Shown here: positions 58,582 to 63,012 of the stretch, one piece after another
Position numbering within the stretch: the stretch's first letter is position 1
Layout: each line of letters opens with the position of its first letter
Assembly: GCA_944363735.1 (NCBI GenBank)
Contig: CALVVB010000003.1
Span: 1-63,012, forward strand
DNA: 63,012 bases
From: an uncultured Bacilli bacterium
Lineage (GTDB): Bacteria > Bacillota_I > Bacilli_A > RF39 > UBA660
Direction of reading: 5' to 3'
Translations under genes and position numbers: made by a program
The notes under the pieces: generated by a model
What the model was told of the DNA's origin: nothing
The model's database searches: none
The model's input: the letters and a program-made list of their open reading frames with translations, nothing else

Positions 58582-58589
58582 AAATCATA

Positions 58590-58931
58590 CTACTTTCTAC
58601 TAGTATTATTAGCAATTATATTAAGTAACCTAATTATCTCTCCAAGACCATATATCATACTACAAAACACAAAACTACCAAGCCAAAATATTAATGTCAA
58701 TGATAAATTATATTCAGTTTTTGTACAAACTGCAAATAACTCTGAAGTTCCACTACAAGCCGGAAATAAATTACCAAGTATTACACCTACAATAAATAAA
58801 AATATAAATAGACACACTGCTAATTGCTGATAAAAATTATAATTTCTTTTTTTCTGCACTTCTTTACTTATCTTCTTTAATTTAGGTAAATCTTCTCTTT
58901 CTTCATCAATTTCATCAAATAAATCTCTCAT
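58590..58931 (-). CDS. small membrane protein
   Basis: 113 aa with 2-3 TM helices. 4-nt overlap with the upstream gene. Confidence 0.55.
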   Translation of the reverse strand: MRDLFDEIDEEREDLPKLKKISKEVQKKRNYNFYQQLAVCLFIFLFIVGVILGNLFPACSGTSELFAVCTKTEYNLSLTLIFWLGSFVFCSMIYGLGEIIRLLNIIANNTSRK

Positions 58932-59704
58932 TTCGAAGCCTCCTCATCATTATTCCTTTTAGGTCTTCCACGTCTTTTAAGCACTTTAGGCTCTTCTATA
59001 TTTTCTAAAGTTTTAATATCTTCAACTTCTTCAACTTCTTCAACTTCTTCAACTTCTTCCACTTTTTCTTCTTTTTTCTTCTTATCTTTAGAATTGCCAA
59101 TCTCTTTTCTTTCAATATATTCTTTATATAGATAAACATACCTAACAAACATAAATTGATAAATAGCCTCTAATAAATAAACCACTACATCTTCAAAATT
59201 ATGAACTGACATCAATGAAACAATCAAACTAATAGCAATTATTCCTACCAATAAATAATAGTATTGACCATTATTAATTTCTGACAAAGGACTATCAGAT
59301 AATTTTAAATCTTTGCCAATAACAGTGCTAGTAAAGAAAGAATAACCAAAATAAAGGGTAATTAAAACATTAAAAGCTAAATTCAAGATAGAATCAAAAC
59401 CAAAAGATTGAAAAATTGTAAATAGACTTGCAAAAGTAGTAAGTAAATAAAAAACAAACATAATGACATTTAAATAATCAAAATATCTTTTACCAAACTT
59501 AACCCTAATTAAAATAAAATAAATTAAACTAACTAGATAAATACTATTATGATTAATAATAGACCTAAATATATCTCCTGCTTCCATATGACTTTGAATA
59601 GCAAAAGATTGTGATAATATTATAAGCACAACCAATAATCCAATTAAAATATATGTTATCATACTAGGACTATCAAAAAAATCTTTTTCTTTATTTTTAT
59701 TCAT
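58928..59704 (-). CDS. polytopic membrane protein with acidic VEE-repeat and RGRP (AT-hook-like) C-terminal tail
   Basis: 258 aa with ~5 TM helices. C-terminus KKKKEEKVEEVEEVEEVEEVED...KRRGRPKRN. Confidence 0.55.
   Translation of the reverse strand: MNKNKEKDFFDSPSMITYILIGLLVVLIILSQSFAIQSHMEAGDIFRSIINHNSIYLVSLIYFILIRVKFGKRYFDYLNVIMFVFYLLTTFASLFTIFQSFGFDSILNLAFNVLITLYFGYSFFTSTVIGKDLKLSDSPLSEINNGQYYYLLVGIIAISLIVSLMSVHNFEDVVVYLLEAIYQFMFVRYVYLYKEYIERKEIGNSKDKKKKEEKVEEVEEVEEVEEVEDIKTLENIEEPKVLKRRGRPKRNNDEEASK
59021..59056. repeat. 4 x 9-nt tandem repeat TTCAACTTC (encodes the EEV/VEE repeat)
   Basis: Direct reading of 59021-59056. Confidence 0.9.
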
Positions 59705-59769
59705 CTAACATCCTCCTTACACTTACTCCATTATAATTATAGCATAAGTTTAAAAAAAAGAACATTAAT

Positions 59770-60393
59770 TTAACTAACTAATGTTCTTTTTCTATAAATA
59801 GTTTTCTCACTTATATTATAATCTTTTTCTATAGAATCTAAACTATAATATTTGCTGCCATAATTATCTGCAACCAACTTAATAAACAAGTCTTTCTCAT
59901 AATAATTACCAAGCAAATTTTTTCCATTTTTAATAAGTCCATATACTTTTAGTTTTTCTACATTATTTCCACTTATTTTTTTATAAGACCAATTACTAAC
60001 TTTATATATTTTATAATCATCATCTGTTATATCTTGGTTATATATCAAATATTCACCACATCTTAACGTAACTTTTTTAGAATCCTCTGTAAACACAACC
60101 TTAGATTCGTAAGTATCACAATACTCATCACCAGAAAAATTATTCTTAATTTTAGTTACTAAATTATTATTAATTAATTCATATAAATAAACTACATCAT
60201 CACTAGTCTCATTATTATAATTAACAGCATTAATACCAACAGTTTTAGCATTATATTTAAATACCTGTATTTTTTCTCTTTCACTATTACTAAGAACAAT
60301 AAACAAAAAGATAGCACTAACTATAAGACAGGTAACTGCTACTGTTAAAAATTCATAATTGCCTTTCCCCAATTTACTAAATCTTACTTTCAT
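59770..60393 (-). CDS. membrane-anchored hypothetical protein
   Basis: 207 aa with one N-terminal TM. Overlaps the ezrA 3' end by 17 nt. Confidence 0.5.
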   Translation of the reverse strand: MKVRFSKLGKGNYEFLTVAVTCLIVSAIFLFIVLSNSEREKIQVFKYNAKTVGINAVNYNNETSDDVVYLYELINNNLVTKIKNNFSGDEYCDTYESKVVFTEDSKKVTLRCGEYLIYNQDITDDDYKIYKVSNWSYKKISGNNVEKLKVYGLIKNGKNLLGNYYEKDLFIKLVADNYGSKYYSLDSIEKDYNISEKTIYRKRTLVS

Positions 60394-62101
60394 AGTTTTT
60401 TATCTTTCCCTCTATATTATCATCGACTTTTTTTATAGTATCAACACAAACTTTTAAAGCACTATCATAACTACCTTTATAGAAAAGAGAACTAGCTCTA
60501 CTAAGACCACTATTAATATCTTCATGTAAAAATCTATATCTATTTCCATAGACAATCATGCTTTCTGTTAATTTAGCTTTTTTAATCATACTAATCGTAG
60601 TATTATAAAGTTTTAACACCAAGTCTCTTGCTGTATCAACCCTTGTATTAAGTGTCTTTATAACAATAGGTTTACGAGATAATTCCTTAACTACTTCTTC
60701 TATCGCTTCATTCGCTTCATTAAGTTCAACAAAATAATTATCACTAATAATAGGTAATTTAAACTCTCTCATCTTCTCTTTACATTCACTTAATAACTTA
60801 TCTATTTCAGAAAGTTGTTCTCTAGCTCTCTGTTCATCTTCATACATATTACCAAGACTCTTCAAAGCAATATCTAAAGTAGATTCAGTCTGTTTAAGCT
60901 TTAAAGAAAGTTCATCTACTTCCTTTGTAACTAAAGAAAATGGTGTCGCTTTATTCTTAACTCTATCAACAACATTTTTATATTCATCTTTAATAGAAGT
61001 TAAATCTTTATTTACTTCATTAATGATATTAACATCTTCTTCATTAAGGTCATACATATTCTTAATATCATCTAATTGTTCATATATATCAGTAACAACC
61101 TTTTCTGTTTTCTTAAGTTTTTTAGCAAAGTCTTTTATTCCTTCCTCATACACTTTACGAGAAAGTCTCTCTTTTTCAAAATCAACAAAAATACTATCTA
61201 AATAATCAAGAATAGTTTTAAGTTCAAACATACAATCTTCAAGATTTAGAACTTTTATCCTATCTAAAATAGTATTAACATTCTTACGAGACTCTTCTAA
61301 ATTATAATCAAGATTAAGATATTCAATAGGATATCCTTTTTCAGTCATTTCATTACCTGTATCTTCAATCTCTTTAATTCTTTTAGGAATCAACTGTTTA
61401 CACATAAGCATTAAATCAGGAACTTCTGATACCACTATTTCCATATGTTCAATCATTGTATCTAAAGCTTTTACTATATGTACAACTTCACTATACATAT
61501 TATCATCCATTGCTTTTTCAAACTCTAAAAATCTCTTCTCAATATTTTCAAGTTGTAACTCTATCGCTTCAGCCATCTCTTCATAAAGATTCTTATGCTC
61601 ATTATATTCTTTATTTAAAGCTCTATATTTAGTCTTAAGTTTACTAATAATACTACGATACTTCTCTTCTGATAAAGTTATTTCTTTTATCTGATCAAGT
61701 AAATCATCCGCTTGTTCCCTAACTTTATAAACTTCCATTTCACATTTAGCAATTCTAAATTTAGCAGTTTTATATTCTTTCTTATCAATTAAAGTATCTA
61801 ATTCTATAAGCATATCATCTATTTTAGGAATATCTATATTTTTAATAGTATCAAATCTCTCTTCCCACTTTTGATACTTCTCTTCCATTTTCTCATTTTT
61901 AATAATAGGTTCTAACTTAGAAAGTTCTAAAAGTACAGGAGTACTTCCAATTAAGTTTTTTTCACGCTCTAAATTATCATATATACCTTGATAATACCTC
62001 TTCTGTCTTCTTTTTAAAATAGTGATAATAAGGATTACTAAAATTAAAACTAAAATAACAGCACTGATTATATATAATAATGTATCTCCCATTACTATCA
62101 C
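60377..62101 (-). CDS. ezrA: septation ring formation regulator EzrA
   Basis: 574 aa. A single N-terminal TM followed by a long coiled-coil repeat architecture. Neighbours rpsD divergently, as in Bacillus. Confidence 0.82.
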   Translation of the reverse strand: MIVMGDTLLYIISAVILVLILVILIITILKRRQKRYYQGIYDNLEREKNLIGSTPVLLELSKLEPIIKNEKMEEKYQKWEERFDTIKNIDIPKIDDMLIELDTLIDKKEYKTAKFRIAKCEMEVYKVREQADDLLDQIKEITLSEEKYRSIISKLKTKYRALNKEYNEHKNLYEEMAEAIELQLENIEKRFLEFEKAMDDNMYSEVVHIVKALDTMIEHMEIVVSEVPDLMLMCKQLIPKRIKEIEDTGNEMTEKGYPIEYLNLDYNLEESRKNVNTILDRIKVLNLEDCMFELKTILDYLDSIFVDFEKERLSRKVYEEGIKDFAKKLKKTEKVVTDIYEQLDDIKNMYDLNEEDVNIINEVNKDLTSIKDEYKNVVDRVKNKATPFSLVTKEVDELSLKLKQTESTLDIALKSLGNMYEDEQRAREQLSEIDKLLSECKEKMREFKLPIISDNYFVELNEANEAIEEVVKELSRKPIVIKTLNTRVDTARDLVLKLYNTTISMIKKAKLTESMIVYGNRYRFLHEDINSGLSRASSLFYKGSYDSALKVCVDTIKKVDDNIEGKIKNYESKI

Positions 62102-62149
62102 CTCTACTATAACATCATAACATAAACTAAAGTTTTATGCCACTAAAAC

Positions 62150-62178
62150 TTGACAAAAAGAGAATTTCATAATATGAT
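62150..62178 (+). promoter_or_regulatory. consensus-like sigma-A promoter of rpsD
   Basis: TTGACA (62150-55), 17 nt, TATGAT (62173-78). A ~155-nt leader follows before the rpsD RBS. Confidence 0.6.
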
Positions 62179-62334
62179 ATTAGAGCAATTTACTTGAACA
62201 GCAATGCTTTACTTTATTCAATGTGTTTTTTTTAACTGAGTAGCTTTTGTGCTGTAAAGCGAAAAAATTACTCCCTGAATAAATGGTGAAAGCAAAAATC
62301 AAGAAAATGCAAATATAAGGAAAGGAGAAAAATT

Positions 62335-62937
62335 ATGGCAAGATATACAGGACCAAGTTACAAAAGATCAAGACGTGTTGGTTTTTCATTAAGTGAAACA
62401 GGAAAAGAACTTGCTAAAAGACCTTATGGACCAGGACAACATGGAAATGCAAGACATGGTAAACCAAGTGATTATGGTAATCAATTAAAAGAAAAACAAA
62501 AATTACGTTTCATGTATGAAGTTAATGAAAAGCAATTCAGAAAGACTTTTGATGAAGCTGCTAAAATGCCAGGTGTACATGGTACTAACTTCTTAATTTT
62601 ATTAGAGTCTCGCCTAGATAACTTAGTATATCGTATGGGATTTGCAACTACTCGTCGTGGAGCAAGACAACTTGTAAATCATGGACACATTACTGTAAAT
62701 GGTAAGAAAGTAGATATTCCATCATACAGAGTTAAACCAGGCAGTGTTATTGCATTAAAAGAGAATTCTAAAGATCACAAAGCTGCTAATGAAGCATTAT
62801 CTAAAGTTAATAAACGTGTAGAATATGTAACTTTTGATGAAAACAAAAAAGAAGGTACTTATGTAAGATATCCTGAAAGAGGCGAACTTAACATGGATAT
62901 CAATGAGTCACTAATCGTTGAATTCTATAACAAATAG
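62335..62937 (+). CDS. rpsD: 30S ribosomal protein S4
   Basis: 200 aa. [16 protein letters not shown]..., and an S4 RNA-binding domain ([33 protein letters not shown]). Confidence 0.97.
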   Translation: MARYTGPSYKRSRRVGFSLSETGKELAKRPYGPGQHGNARHGKPSDYGNQLKEKQKLRFMYEVNEKQFRKTFDEAAKMPGVHGTNFLILLESRLDNLVYRMGFATTRRGARQLVNHGHITVNGKKVDIPSYRVKPGSVIALKENSKDHKAANEALSKVNKRVEYVTFDENKKEGTYVRYPERGELNMDINESLIVEFYNK

Positions 62938-63012
62938 AATCGAGTAGAGAAAATTAAATAATTAAAATTATTTAATTTGTCCCTCTCACACCACCATACG
63001 TACCGTTCGGTA

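Noticed and set aside
62982-63012. GC-rich end of the window (GTCCCTCTCACACCACCATACGTACCGTTCGGTA), as a possible RNA gene or T-box fragment.
   Set aside because: Only ~30 nt are visible. There is no tRNA-like T-arm before the CCA-like end, and the partial GGTGGT on the minus strand is insufficient for a T-box call.

Overview
This is a very AT-rich chromosome segment from an endospore-forming Firmicute. Evidence for that: an alpha/beta SASP gene, a cwlJ-type gene, ezrA-rpsD, and Bacillus-like thiI/cysteine-desulfurase and DUF3048(yerB-like)/pcrA/ligA neighbourhoods. The exact taxon cannot be determined from the sequence alone. All functional calls rest on motif and architecture recognition by eye; no database search was run.

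Layout:
(1) 1-20.4 kb is host backbone, almost all on the minus strand. It carries SASP, thiI, cysteine desulfurase, ligA, pcrA, a sortase plus a thioester-domain/CnaB surface adhesin, exoA, pta, a YfhO-family membrane protein and two tandem DUF3048 paralogues.
(2) About 20.63-50.93 kb is a complete-looking ~30.3 kb siphovirus-type prophage. Its modules are GH25-LysM endolysin, holin, tail fibre/baseplate, tape measure with the G/GT -1 frameshift, an HK97-type head module, TerS/TerL, HNH plus a candidate cos site, early genes, DnaB/DnaD replication, a cro/cI-type switch, an ImmA-like gene, Ltp and a large serine recombinase.
(3) 50.93-63.0 kb is host again: tRNA-Trp, a Fic-XRE pair, an HD-MazG fusion, a metallophosphoesterase, an ABC exporter, membrane proteins, ezrA and rpsD.

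Main finding: the prophage sits inside a cwlJ-type spore cortex-lytic enzyme gene. The two gene halves (20436-20626 and 50927-51168) rejoin in frame at a shared core flanked by perfect 17-bp inverted phage arms. This is the architecture of a sporulation 'intervening element' or regulatory-switch prophage. The phage also carries SpoVG-like and AbrB-like genes and a second, tyrosine-type recombinase.

Other leads:
- two ORF-less promoter/terminator units (candidate sRNAs) at the attL end
- three tandem receptor-binding-like cassettes sharing a 16-nt box, preceded by a C10/G10 tract
- a GC-rich 14-bp palindrome between HNH and TerS
- a terminator-containing late-operon leader
- operator triplets in the lysogeny switch
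- a 26-bp repeat bracketing the ImmA-like gene

No CRISPR array, rRNA, IS element or reverse transcriptase was seen.
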